DNA of 64,000 nt. Source: Botryllus schlosseri (Eukaryota). Positions 39,201-50,822 of the stretch are shown here, piece by piece. The stretch is from positions 19,220,001 through 19,284,000 of the forward strand of contig CM119386.1 in assembly GCA_051294905.1 (NCBI GenBank). Direction: 5' to 3'. The stretch's first letter is position 1; the number at the start of each line of letters is the position of its first letter. The position numbers and the translations under genes were made by a program. A model generated the notes under the pieces. That model was given only the letters and a program-made list of their open reading frames with translations. It did no database searches and was not told the DNA's origin.

Positions 39201-42200
39201 CCGCAGATTCCATCTTCTTCTGACAATACTCGGCAAACTGATTCGAGGTCAAGGTGCTTTGAAGCTCTTCGGAACGTTTCACAAAGCTACTCTCTGTCAC
39301 CACCTGCATCGATAAAGCAAGCTGTAACTGAACGGCCCAGAACGGACAATCGCTACCGTGCATCCATATTTGATGACTAGTGGATAAATTGAGACGAATA
39401 AACCTCACAAGTCATCATAAAAGATACATACACAATTGCATAACAGATTTTGTAATTACAAAGGTCAAATATCAATCAAGCGCAGCGCGGAACATAAAAT
39501 TGGGTTTGGCCAAGTATATTTCAACGTGAGCTTCTCGGAGGTACAGAGCTTCAATATACAATTATATAGTATAATCATGACAGAGGTAATAGGCAGCAAC
39601 TAACTAGTACAGAATTGGAATGAACATTGTATATCAACAATTGTAACACAAAATATGATGTAACCAGCATGAAATTTTGAATAACCGGGGCAAAGAGAGA
39701 GCTTACGTTTTATGTACTATTTTTAGATGGTACATGAATTCCTTCTGTAGGTACAGACTTGGTTGGCAAAACATATGGCATGGGATGAAATAAGGGCGAG
39801 CCTTTCGAAAGGTAAAAATAGAAGGTCTTAATGAAAATTACAGATTTTCTTCAGGACTAACCAACACCAAGGTATGACAATAAAGTAAATTTATTCATGA
39901 TTGCTAGGGCTGTGCACAATTATTCGAGTACTCAAATGTGAGACCAGTAGCCTATATATGGAATAACTTGAGTTCAGTAATGAGAATAGATTCAAGATAA
40001 CAAGCACCAAGAGCTATATTTTATCGACGAAAGATGTACTGGGGCAAGAAATGCATGTAAGACGATATAGATATCAGATACAGATACCATTATTATATCA
40101 TAGGTTGGCTATATAGGAATAAAAAAAAACAGGGGAAATCACAAGTTGCCCTATGTGCCCACTAATGTCACCGAGTAAGATAACTAAAGCCTAAACTAAA
40201 TTGTGGCTTTCCTTATCAAGAGCGGCCCTGGGATATTAGATTAGTAAAGTCAGTAATGAGCGCTACACGGGCAAGAAATTGTATGACTAAACCGAGCCAA
40301 AACGCAGAAAATTCAATGGTCTTCGCTGCTATTCCGTCACTTTTATTTCCCATTATTAATAACTTGTTAACATTGTTATAGCGCAGATTTAGAGATGGTG
40401 AACTGGTGCAATATTTCAGTTGGCAAAGCCAAAGCTGATACTCAGTCTCTGCCCTACGCACGGTTAAATGTCTGGTGCGGTACTACATGTACCTGTTGAA
40501 TTGTAACTGTCTTTACGGGTACTTGATTCGCAGCAGGCGCCTTCTGATTTTCCACTACCACGAGTTTGCCCCCAAACTGAAATCGTAACCAAAGAATCGT
40601 TAACAGACGACGGAAATAGGCTGCTGGAAATACAACGAAATGATTACCGAAAACGTCGCGCTACAAGTCTTGTAGATCCACTTGGGTGGGTTCTTCAGTG
40701 GATCCGCCACTACTTTTTTGGGGGTGGGAGCTTGCTGGACCGGGGCGTCCATCAGGGCGCTTCCGCCGAAGGACTCTGCGAGCTGAGATGGACAAAATTA
40801 AAAGCTTATTAACGGAAATTGATATGACGATGATCTTGATTCTGTTTGTGAGTTATGGCAGTGGTCGCAAATTTTTTTTGCAAGGGGACTGGTAAAATCC
40901 AAAACCTTTGAAAATCAAAATTAACCAAAACGTAATTTAGAAAAACGTGTGGACGTTAAAAGCAAACCGGAAACTTCAATTCAATGAGATATTTGCTACT
41001 GGCTTTTTGATGTTTCATTTTCAATTGATGTTCTATTGCTTAAAACCACTAACTTGATTTTGTTTGTTCGGTTTCTTTTGAAATACTTATGACTTTGCTG
41101 TTTGCTAGCCTCTATGATAATGCCAAAATTCGCTACATTGTACCGTCGACATGTCATGAATTTCGGCAATGGCAACATAGCAATTAGTAAAAATTATCCT
41201 CATTTCATATTCTTATTAGAAATAGCGATGATGCCTAGCACAAACTGTTATCTTTTCGACACCAACATCCGCCAAGCTCCTTAGGTTAAAGGAAAATAGC
41301 CACGGCTGCATGGACCTATTCATCATTGAAGTCAGCAGAGTCAAAATAACCAGACAGTCATTCTTGAACTCTCTCTCTCTTTCTCATTTCCTAGCACCTC
41401 GAAATAAGAGAAAGAGCTCACCGCGTCTTGGCGTTGCTGATTGGGCATTTCCATATCGACTGCAGAACCCCCCATCAGCGAATGAAAGGTGATATTGCCG
41501 TCAAACGAACCTAGCGATATCATAGCCGGATTCCGCGGGCACCATTGTACATCGAAGCACCAATGCGGCGTGCTCGGGACTTCATAAACAATCTGTTAAA
41601 TCAATATTAATTAAAGAGAAATGCGCCAGCCAGGACCTATGAAACGAAAAAGAACAAAAGTGCGATGTACGATTACATACCAGGAACAAGGTACTCGCTA
41701 TTAAGTGTAAAACTGAATATTTGTTGAAAACCCTGATTTTGCTATTACAAACCAGTACACCAATCCTGGGATATAGCCTACGGTATGGTTACATGCTAGC
41801 CATTGACTGCGATGTTAAATGAATATTTGCAAAAAACTGTTGCTTGCCTTGACAAATCCAGACACCTATCCCGATTGTCGTCGCGTAAATAGGGTAAAAT
41901 AAATGGCTTCGGTTACGCCAACCAATTGACGCATGAAGCAGGGCGACTTGTTCAATTGTTGCACTGTTACTTATGCTGTTGACTGATGTTGATATCGGCT
42001 AAAATTAGGCTTGCTGAGAGAGTATTTGAGCCTTTGTGAGAAGGCATTGACAATAAACCAGTTGTACTCCCCCGAGTATTACATACATCTGACCTATGCA
42101 CCCAACAGTGACATGCCAGTATGCAGAAGACTGCAAAGTACAACATCGTGTTTATACGTAGCCAAAGCTAAATCAATCTGTGTGTTTAGATGCCAGGGGA

Positions 42201-45200
42201 CAATTCAAGCAAACAAGCAAGTCAATTTACATTGCAATTCAATTAGCAAGGTAAGCTCGATAAGTTCACACATTATTGAAACCAGACTTGCCGGATGGTC
42301 TCTTCCATTCATTCTCTAAATTCACAGTAGCATCCCGAATGTACCAAGGCAATTCCATAAGAGATAGAAAATATTTTCAATCCTTTACTGGCACATGCAG
42401 ACCTCTTGGGACTAAAATCATTTAAAGAGGGAAACCTATTGTACCTAGTGCAGCCTCAAAAACATTGGGTAGCACAAAGCAGCGGGTGTTTGCGGGAAGA
42501 AGCATTTCCTTTAATAAAATCTGGCAAGCAGTACGTTATGTTCGCTTGATCAATTCAATAAAGATTCATGGAAATGTTCAGACACATCTGCTTCCAATGA
42601 GATACATCCGTAAGAGCACCCTGGCCTACAGAACTTAATACCAGGATCAGTGGGGGCTCGGTGATTCAGTGTGTCATAACTTGTTAAAAACAAGCTGTAC
42701 TTTTTAATTGAGCAGTTTGAACTGAGCTGAAGTCTGAGTGTGATATTTGTTGAATTTTGACAGCTGTTGGGCACTTTACAATAGTATGGAGTATTTGCAG
42801 ATGTTGAAGTGAGTAGTTCTAGTTACACACTCAAAATAATATATCAATTGCCGAACACCTAGAAAACACGTCATCTGACATAAATCGTGATACCCATGTT
42901 CTGTTGTATGATGTTCATGCGGCCATTACTAGCTCACAGCCATCACTACTAACAGTGGCGTGGACAGGGAAGCGAGTAGTTCTAGTCGCACATTTTGAAT
43001 ATCCAACAGTTTGTACAATTCTGAATTAGGATCTAATGTTATGATACTCAAGCAGAGATATACAGTGATAGTACGTACTGTACATCACACTCACCTCTGG
43101 AGGAGTCGCATTCGGGTTCCAGCATATCACGCGGTTATCTTTTCCGCAAGTCAACAGCAGGTCCGGATCTCTCTGACACCAGGCCACTGACACAACACCC
43201 CTCTGATGATGTTCCATTGACTATTTCAAAAACAGCACAGCATTACATAACAAGTAAAACTTCTTTACAGTGGAAAGAACTCACCCTTAATGGAGAGTTG
43301 GCGTATCGCAGATCCCACAGTTGCACCACCGGTGAACGGTCGTCTTCTGATGCTAGGACGAGCTGAGTGGCCACGTCCGGGTGCCAAGCAATTTCGCTGC
43401 ACTGCATCTGGAAAACAATACGGTGATTTCAAAGAAAAGACATTATATCGTTGATTATTTATGTAGATAAACATCGTATATCGTGCACTAGACTTATACA
43501 AGTGATTTTAAACCAGTGTTTGGCACCGGCGGAAACCTGCAGCTTCAAAATTGGAGAAATGAATTCCTCCTTGCAAGAGAATAATAAGATAACACATGCA
43601 GCACGTATAAATGTGATATAAAAATACGGCTTCCCCTCCAACTGAAATGGTGGCGTTAAAAAAACGTATCATTTGAAATATCTTGGTTCCATTATTTGAC
43701 ATCAGTTGACTATTTGTTAACTACATCACAGAGAAGAGCTTCTTATTTGTACTTCCGTATTCCAGTATCATCATTTGTGATATCTTGTTGCATTTTGTTA
43801 GGAGTCTGTAGTAGTGTGGGCAGTCAATAAATTCATGCTCGAACAAACCCCAATCAGACTCTTTTGAAGACTGAATATCTTCATTTAATTACAACCCCTC
43901 CTGACAGAAAGCTTGCAGTCAATACGCAATAAAACCATGATATTGTCTGTAACAAGCACTCAATTCAGTATGGCTGAACGCAGGACAGCAGGACTATTTG
44001 TTCGTAAATGATTCAACTTATTATCCACGGTCCAAATTCAAGATGTAACAAGATTTTGGTGGGAAATTGCCTGTGCTCCATATAAGAATTAACAAACTCG
44101 GTCGATATTTCATCAAACGTGATCCCTGGATTATTCACAAATCAGTATCATAACACCGTGAACATGTTCGACTTTCAACACATACCCGCCCAGACGAATC
44201 TTGCACTTTGATGATGGACGCATTTTTCCTCAGATCCCACACATAGCAAGAGGGTCCCGACGTGACACTGGTGGAGGACCCAAGAATGTGCTGTACCTGG
44301 TAATGGTAAACCATGCGATTGCACAACGGCCTGAAACATTCCTATAAATAATTCAGCATTCGCAAGTGGATGAGTGGAGAAAGTTCCTGCTCTTTGTAAG
44401 CTAACAGAAGAGAATTGTTTTAATAGCGACAGTACAGAAGCTACATTATCACAGACAGTCCACAGTGGTTTGCCAAAATACAAAGCATTCAACAGATAGG
44501 ATAACAAAAGCTATTTTATACTGCTGCATCCAAAAATTCTTAGCCTGACCACTTGATTCAGCCACACATTGCATCGTACCATCTTATGTTACCTATTTTT
44601 TCATTTTATCGCAATCTTGGTGTTTGTGAAAGGATAAAAGTATTAACAATAAGCTGAACTGAGCTAAACCAGTTCGGAGTAGTAACACTGGCCATAGTAG
44701 TCACCGACGTGCAGAGGTGGTCAGTAACGAAGTACTTCTACTTTTTCAAAGTACCCAAGTAGTTTTCCTCTACTTCTGGTACTTACTCAAGTAGATCTGA
44801 TTTTTGCTACTTCTACTTCGTAATATTTTGTGATCTACTTACTTACTTTTCGCTATTTTCAGTTTGTCAAGTAGAAGTAGTTCAATCTTCCAATCAGGAA
44901 GATAGCCTGAGGAATTTCGGGGCTGTTTTCACAGAGCATTAACATTTAATTTTCATAAAAGTCGAGTAAACCCCAGAATTTTCGTTGCGCTTCGCGCGCA
45001 GTGGATACGGGGTTACCATTATGATTTCACAAAAGTATCGATGAATATAATTTAGGTAGCGGGTTGGCGTGATTCCGTTTACACAGGGATATCTAGAATT
45101 AGATATCCCTGCGTTCACACCACGTTGTCGCCTTTCGCCCATATGAAATAATTCATCACAGTATATATGGCTCATCATATCGTTTGAAACTGATGTTTCG

Positions 45201-47812
45201 CAATCTATCATTTACTTTTCATATCGTAATCTAGCATGTCCACTGACCATGGCACGTCCTAACCTGGAAAAGTGGACTCTGACTTTTTCGTTAGTTTTCG
45301 TGCTGTTTTAGCATACCGCCTTTGAAACTTTCTGGACTGAAGGCATGTAAAACGTGTTCCGCTTTTAGACGTAGTATTTATGTTTTATTTTCAATTCCCA
45401 GTATCATATACTTTGAGTTATAATTGATATCAGTTCTTTTGTCTGGATAAAATACATGTTGAAGTATAAAAGCAAGTGAAGTAATGCCTTTAATTTCCGG
45501 AAATAAAGCTACACAATATGGCATTTTCACGGTCCCTTATATTTTTATTAACGTTTACTAATCGCGCAAAGTGTTTACACCGTATCCTATACAACTTCCC
45601 CATGTTGCTCTCCGACTAAACTACGGACCATATAATATGGGGGATGGCGCCATACCATGCTATTTTCTAAAACGTGCTGTTCGAGAAAACAGAGGATAAG
45701 TATCGCATGTCCATATTAATACTATCATTTTCATCCTATGATGTGGACAAATGCTTATGCTATCGAAAATTGGACACCTGCTGGTATGCATCAACATGAA
45801 TCAAGCTCGTCACCCTTCGCATAGCTCAATTTGCACCTTTTTACAATCCATGTGAACGAATTAGGATCGTTTTCACAACTATACTTACTTACTTGAGTAC
45901 TTTTAAAGTCAGTAAATTCTACTTCTACTTCTAGTAGTTTTAGGTTGCTTATGGAAGAAGTACTTCTACTTGTACTTGAGTAGATTTTTTTCGTCACTAC
46001 TTCTACTTCTACCTGAGTAGCTTTCTTGACTACTTTGACCACCTCTGCCGACGTGACGACGTGACGTAACTACATGTCTTGCTGTAAGACTCTGTTCAGG
46101 CAGATTTTTTTTAAATACCAGTATTATTTCAAACAAAGTGAAAGCTTCAGAGCAGGCGTACTAGAAGCTTCATGCTCTGCAACCCAATTTTAGATAACAT
46201 ATCTCTGACAAACATAGTGATCACTAAGTTATCCATGCCCAATCATAATGATGATAAAACCAATGTTGGAAAAGCATAGTGGTTTACAATACATAGTATG
46301 AGAAGACCCCTCTGTGGACTATGTTTATCAAAAAGTAACCTGAGAAGATGAATCGTACATTGCCCAATCCAAAAATAGTTACAAATGATAAAATTACAAG
46401 CCGCATACAGCAATATGTATAATTTAGTAATGGTCAAGGTGCCATTTACGCAAGAACTGCGAATACACCAGTTCTTACTTCTACTTGAACAAATATTGTA
46501 TACCTAATTATGCTGATGGTTGATAGACAAACTTTGACTACGGTACTTAAAGTTATCAGGTAAATAGTCGGCCTAGAAGTTATGCAAAGACAAAGAAGCT
46601 AGTGGACACAAACAAACTTATTAAACACTACCAATTAACTAGTTTTAGAATAGGCTACTGTCTAAAAATAGCATACCACTCAATCAAATCATGTGGTTAC
46701 CCAGTTTTGTGTGTAATACCGAACATACCTGTCTATTCCACGCAACACAGCTGATCGGCACCAGCGGTTCTGACTTCTTCCCAGGGGTCATCGGATTTCC
46801 AGGGTTTTTCAGATCCCAAATAAAAATTTCGCTGTCACTAGCTCCAGACGCGTACAAATTTTTCTAAATACAAATTTCAATATATATTTCACAGTGTGCC
46901 CAACTTACAAGCTTTCTTGATTTTATTATTGGGATCACCTGGAATGGATTGAAGTCCAAAGCCTTGACTGGTCCGGTGTGTTTATTATTCGAGGTCACTA
47001 ACGCTGCATCATCAGAGGATTCTGACAGTTTTGCTGGGTCGTATATATTGATAAGACCATTATCTGCTCCACATATGACAAGTCCTCTATTGTCATCTTT
47101 AGACTCGAGTCCGCCATAACCCCATATAACCTTGTAAAACCTGAAGGTACAGATATGAAAATTCAGCACAGCAATAAAGTATATATTATTATTATTTTGG
47201 CATCAGTGTTTTTGTAGATAATGATATTGAAATATACATACTCCCACTGCCATGATTGATTATAATGTTATTATTATTATTACTAGGAATGGGCAATTAT
47301 TCAATTACCAAGTAGCCTACTATAATCTGAAACTACGAGTAAATTCATCAACGAATAATATAGTTTTGATAGTATTTTCTGCAAAGCTATGCACCTTAGT
47401 GAGAATGACATTTTTGTGAAGTCATGATGAACCCACAGAATTGAAATAGGCATGGTCGAAGAAATACAAAATTATTTTTAATATGATGTAGAGCCGGCAG
47501 TCGGTACAAACTTTTTGTTGTAGCGTAAAAGGTACATATGTAAACATGCTGTATCTTACATACTGATTTATCCCCGCATCAATTATTACATCAATAATAG
47601 TCTCACCTGTTCGGAATACTAATCTGGCCAGCCGGTGTCAGCTCCAGAGATTGGTCAGACAAGTCCACAGTATGCAAAGACAGATTCGAGTTTGTGCTAA
47701 AGCTGGCATCCAATTGTTGCGCAGCAGTGGCCGTTACGACCTGAATCGGGTATAATTCCTTCGGGCTCCATGTGTAGTTGGCCGTCACATTCAGTTGTTT
47801 GATCTTCACCAT
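6251..47812 (-). CDS. SEC31: Protein transport protein Sec31 (COPII outer coat; WD40 propeller, ACE1 solenoid, Pro-rich region, C-terminal helical domain), 26 core exons, ~1151 aa
   Basis: Phase-compatible GT-AG exons: 47812-47607, 47140-46939, 46863-46729, 44296-44186, 43407-43285, 43220-43095, 41592-41422, 40782-40648, 40576-40493, 39303-39163, 37484-37410, 37343-37269, 36661-36535, 26288-26110, 24571-24445, 24029-23875, 23659-23495, 22775-22673, 20808-20765, 20502-20370, 19481-19396, 16724-16521, 9170-9012, 7729-7592, 6563-6492, 6430-6251. Sum 3456 nt, open frame. Hallmark Sec31 motifs: [85 protein letters not shown]...[14 protein letters not shown]. Confidence 0.97.
7076..7339. repeat. 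264-bp near-perfect palindrome containing a hammerhead ribozyme motif
   Basis: Arms 7076-7198 and 7216-7339 are reverse complements with a few mismatches. The 17-nt loop is GATTACCCCTGACGAGT. Confidence 0.95.
7203..7236 (+). ncRNA. Minimal type I hammerhead ribozyme motif (intact core)
   Basis: ACCC (helix I) - CUGACGA - G[UGCCAGC]C (1-bp helix II) - GAAA - AUAU - UC - GGGU (helix I). Helix III is the palindrome AAUAUU. Predicted cleavage after C7232. Confidence 0.75.
7358..7469. repeat. Second, shorter palindromic copy of the hammerhead cassette with a mutated core
   Basis: Same arms and loop as 7076-7339, but ACCCCTGACGA is changed to ACCCTAGACGA, so the CUGANGA box is broken. Confidence 0.8.
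8871..8924 (-). CDS. SEC31: Candidate SEC31 cassette exon ([18 protein letters not shown])
   Basis: 54 nt, phase 0-0, tgtcag|GAT acceptor and GAG|gtattg donor; lies between phase-0 exons 9170-9012 and 7729-7592. Confidence 0.55.
9617..11085. mobile_element. Non-autonomous hAT (Charlie-like) DNA transposon, 1469 bp
   Basis: TIRs CAGCGGTTCTCAACC / GGTTGAGAACCACTG (14/15 match), exact 8-bp TSD TACTAGAT (9609-9616 and 11086-11093), subterminal GGGGTCCGCG repeats, no transposase ORF. Confidence 0.93.
11853..12811. mobile_element. Older hAT-like MITE, probably with a second element (~12203-12466) nested inside
   Basis: TIR-like ends CAGAGCTGGGCA / TGCCCAGCTCTA; TSD only 5/8 (ACAGTAAT vs GTCGTAAT). 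The inner element has CAGGGTTGTAA / TTACAACCTG ends and GACTC-rich repeats. Related fragments occur at ~18565-18610, 22620-22650, 23720-23765 and 24590-24720. Confidence 0.55.
12889..13011 (-). CDS. SEC31: Candidate additional SEC31 exon ([41 protein letters not shown])
   Basis: 123 nt, phase 0-0, gacaag|GAC acceptor and CAA|gtgatg donor; separated from 13162-13076 by a 64-nt GT-AG intron. Confidence 0.6.
13076..13162 (-). CDS. SEC31: Candidate additional SEC31 exon ([29 protein letters not shown])
   Basis: 87 nt, phase 0-0, ccttttcccag|CAA acceptor and AAG|gttttt donor. Pro-rich; [10 protein letters not shown] resembles the segment that follows the WNDPP...KKK motif in vertebrate SEC31A. 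Confidence 0.65.
15734..16319. mobile_element. hAT-type MITE with ~235-bp TIRs, 586 bp
   Basis: TAGGGCTGTTCAAAAA...TTTTTGAACAGCCCTA long inverted arms; exact 8-bp TSD TTGCGCAC (15726-15733 and 16320-16327). Confidence 0.95.
16950..18267 (+). mobile_element. 5'-truncated Penelope-like retroelement (RT + GIY-YIG endonuclease), frameshifted
   Basis: RT motifs [46 protein letters not shown]; GIY-YIG-like [29 protein letters not shown] and C-terminal [13 protein letters not shown]. The frame is broken by a 13-bp tandem duplication at 17101-17126. Confidence 0.93.
18361..18394 (+). ncRNA. Minimal type I hammerhead ribozyme motif in the 3' repeat of the Penelope-like element (copy 1)
   Basis: ACCC-CUGACGA-G[UGUCAGC]C-GAAA-AUAU-UC-GGGU; same strand as the RT ORF; predicted cleavage after C18390. 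Confidence 0.8.
18476..18509 (+). ncRNA. Minimal type I hammerhead ribozyme motif, tandem copy 2
   Basis: ACCA-CUGACGA-G[UAUCAGC]C-GAAA-AUGU-UC-GGGU, 115 bp downstream of copy 1 within a ~115-bp tandem unit. The core is intact; helix I has one mismatch. Confidence 0.65.
18619..19016. mobile_element. hAT-type MITE, 398 bp
   Basis: TIRs TAGGGCAAGTTTTTG / CAAAAACTAGCCCTA (14/15); TSD CTCATTAC / CTCGTTAC (7/8); subterminal AAAGTTGCA repeats. Confidence 0.88.
19949..20011 (-). CDS. SEC31: Candidate SEC31 cassette exon ((V)[20 protein letters not shown])
   Basis: 63 nt, symmetric phase 1-1, tctttctgtcccag| acceptor and AAG|gtatct donor; lies between phase-1 junction exons 20502-20370 and 19481-19396. 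Confidence 0.6.
20991..22190. mobile_element. Non-autonomous hAT element with a truncated right TIR
   Basis: Left TIR CAGTGGTTCCCAAC; exact 8-bp TSD TTCTACAC (20983-20990 and 22191-22198); subterminal GGGGGCGA repeats at both ends. The right end reads GGTTGGG followed directly by the TSD. Confidence 0.85.
21130..22110. repeat. Unclassified dispersed repeat; second copy in opposite orientation at ~50500-51855
   Basis: Blocks 21130-21540, 21600-21680, 21770-21910 and 22030-22110 match in reverse order and complement at 51470-51850, 51370-51440, 50680-50790 (also 50340-50460) and 50500-50590. Confidence 0.75.
29374..35055 (+). CDS. Nested gene in SEC31 intron 13: ~724-aa protein with a low-complexity N-terminus and a C-terminal CS (p23-like, CacyBP/SIP-like) domain
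   Basis: Phase-compatible exons 29374-29733, 30346-31358, 32288-32694, 33689-33868, 34841-35055 (2175 nt). The C-terminus [33 protein letters not shown]...[35 protein letters not shown] resembles the CacyBP CS domain. AATAAA at 35126-35131. Confidence 0.82.
33140..33343 (-). mobile_element. tRNA-derived SINE-like element (degenerate)
   Basis: The minus strand carries A-box-like TAGCTCGGTGG (33336-33326) and B-box-like GGTTTAATCCC (33300-33290) at tRNA spacing, followed by a small hairpin. The 3' boundary is approximate. Confidence 0.5.
37787..38735. mobile_element. Old foldback/MITE (possibly PIF/Harbinger-like), ~950 bp diverged inverted repeat
   Basis: GGGCATATTGCCTT...AAGGCAATATGCCT termini; the arms stay alignable but diverged inward (e.g. 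38160-38196 vs 38335-38370). TSD is not resolved. Confidence 0.65.
44712..46047. mobile_element. Non-autonomous hAT element, 1336 bp
   Basis: TIRs CAGAGGTGGTCA / TGACCACCTCTG; exact 8-bp TSD CCGACGTG (44704-44711 and 46048-46055); subterminal CTACTT/AAGTAG repeats. Related fragments near 32940-33030. Confidence 0.93.
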
Positions 47813-48589
47813 TGTGACTAAGCTATTGTTTAATCGCTGGAAAGACTGATGAACAAAGTTGAATTTTTACACTGTCCTTATATACAGTCAATACATTATT
47901 GATCAGGATCAGCAACCAGCCATATTGCGGTTTCAATAAATGCTGACCCAAAAAAAACGAATCAGAAAATATATGGTTAAAAAAGATTGAAAACAAATAA
48001 CCATTTGATCATAACTCTGCACACCCTCTTTGCAACAAAACCCTGTCATAAATGTATTGTAGTTTAATTAAAATATATAGACATATTTACAGAATTTTCG
48101 ATATCATTGCGCATCAAAGCTTCTCAGATTCAGATACATGTAGGGATGTAGCATAGGTGATGCACCGTAGCCGCAAACAGATGGGATTCAAGCTCCTATA
48201 CTACGGTGACCGTCATCTCTGCTTCAAGATTGACAATTTTCCGTCGCGATATATATACCAGTGTATTTCTTTCCACAGTCCGCATATAAGTGAACCAGTT
48301 ACTTTATTTGACATGCCCACAATCCAATATGGAATCGGTGTCTCGTGCACACCAAAGATTCTACTGATAACACACAGGTGTGACGCTGAGAACCGTCTTG
48401 GCACACCAAAGATATTACGCTAAACATACCGGGATTTTAATCTGGCCCACAATTCTCAATGTAGCAGACGGGTATAATTGTTGACCAAGATTTCTACCAA
48501 GTTATAGGATGTCACTATTAGATTCTTAGTCGGAAAACTGCAGAACAAGTTCAACTACATCACTGTCTCATTGCTAATGGGAATAACGG

Positions 48590-48592
<3 letters not shown>

Positions 48593-48623
<31 letters not shown>

Positions 48624-48893
48624 TTTATTTTTCATCGAACCAAAATACATAACAAACGGCAGTGATGGTGGTACAGAAAATATGCGTACACAGTATTCGG
48701 TATTAGATAGGAATGATCGATAAGACCATGAAGGTCATCTAGTCTAATCACACCAGCATCAAACAGGTACACTTGACTCAGAACAGTCTGGCTGTAAAAA
48801 AGTGTTTAGTTAGGAAAGGAAAATAGAAAAAAAATTAAAAAATGGTAGCAAATGATCAATGAAGCAATGTCTGGGCGAGGTAGGGCAACAGTG
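48593..48893 (-). mobile_element. 3' UTR of an L2/CR1-type LINE with a (CT)n tail, here read as (GA)14
   Basis: Reverse complement of 51030-51314 at high identity; ends in AATAAAGAC(TC)n. Confidence 0.85.
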
Positions 48894-50822
48894 AGATTAC
48901 CCTGCTGCCTATACCTGGCTGTATATATATGTAGTCATATACAATACACCTAATTTTAGATCACAGAACATGAAGAATATTCCGGATTCTATATTCAACA
49001 TTTTCCATCGCATATTGACGATATATATCATAAAAATACTATATATCTGGTAATTTTAATTTGCTACCAAATACCAATAAAATAAATGACGAATTTTGTG
49101 ATGGTCTGTTGCAAAAGTCGAAAATAGCAGACAAAAGCCTTTCGGGTATCGTAACATTCGTAAATAATTCATCTTTATAATATAGGAACAACGACCACTA
49201 GCAATCATTACAAACCCCTAAACGCTGGGTCATACCCCAAATTGAAGATCAATGAAACTTTCCCCTATACGCGTGGACACGTCAGAGCGAGACGTAAACA
49301 GAAACTTTTATAGATGTAGCGACACCTCGAGGGTAACATAATTACTCCCAAGAATGATGGATGCAACACGAAATTTAGGAAGATAGCTCAACTTATCGTC
49401 AATCTAATGCTACCAATATTGATTAAATTTTATTTTTAAGCGTATATTATTTGATATAATTTACGAACATTCATAAATGTATCGCTCTAATGGCTCACGG
49501 TATCTAGTTTGTATCTGATCTTCTCATGCGTGACGTGAAGTGATTGTCGTAATAATACAAAATAATGAGATTATACATAATTTCCGAACGCAGTTATTAT
49601 TGTATGGCGATAGTGTGAAAGCTAGGGGAATTAGTTTTCATCCGTTTCTTACTTTTTTCTTCTTTCCTTTCCCTAACAGGGAGGATGGGGAAAGAGGTAC
49701 GGAGTCAGGGCCTGGTCGGCTCGACTCGAAAAGGTTTTCCTCTGTGGTATAAGATCGATTTTTTCGGAAGTATGATTTTAGTAAGTACCTATACAGTAAA
49801 ATACTTTCTATGTCGCTTTGAATAATGTTGATCTACACTGCAGGACATCGCAAATGTACTCTCATCGCAGCTTTTCGGCACCAGTTCAATCTGCCTTAAA
49901 CCCGTCTTGCAATCTCACTCTTCTGTATTTCGTTAACACGAACTATAGTTTGAGACGAAATCGCAGTTTTAACAGTGCTTCAAGCTACAAACTAGCGAAA
50001 ATTATAAATCTCGAGTTTAATGGCCTTTCATGAACCTTACCCGAACATTAGTGACGTTTGCTTCGTTCACTTTTGTTATTAAACTCCCCCACGGTCTCAT
50101 TGAGTTGAATTTATTGTTATTAATTTTAGCGTTACTAAACACCACAAGATTGCGATAAAAGCAAGCAACAAAAATGAGAAGGCATGTGTCGGACTGAGAC
50201 CCAGACCCCCAGACCCCACTCATACTATTCGCTGATTGCCGCTACTTACATATCATCTACATTGAGGGCCGTTTAGTGGGTCAACTTTTCTCGCCAAATC
50301 GCGCGAAGACCGAAAAATTTCTATAATTCATGATTCAATCGGTCAAAATGGTCTATGATCGGGAATTGCATATATGTTGCTATCAATTTTTATCCTCTCT
50401 CTGCTCACGTTATCAGATTTACAGGTAGAGATGAGTGAGACGTGTTTGAAAAGGTAGGACCCCTCAATATTATAATTAAACATCTTCGGGCGTATACCCG
50501 TTGGCAGTTACGAAACAGCACTTCGTCAGGACCCGCAAAAAATCTTGGGTCTTGGGCTCCCATAGGGTGATAAACCTACCCCGCACCATCTTGTTCGTTT
50601 TTGCCACGAAATGAGTGGTACCGCCGAGTGAGCCAGCGCGAAGCGCGAAAAGTTTCGAAAATTCATGATAAAATCGGTGAATAAGATCGGGAATTGCAAA
50701 TATATTGCTATCAACTTGTTGTCCTCTCTACCTCAGGTAATCAGATTTACCGGTAGAGCTGAGTGAGATGTCTTGGAAACTGTAGGGCCCGTTGGTATAA
50801 ATCCTTAGCATGATGTTATTTT

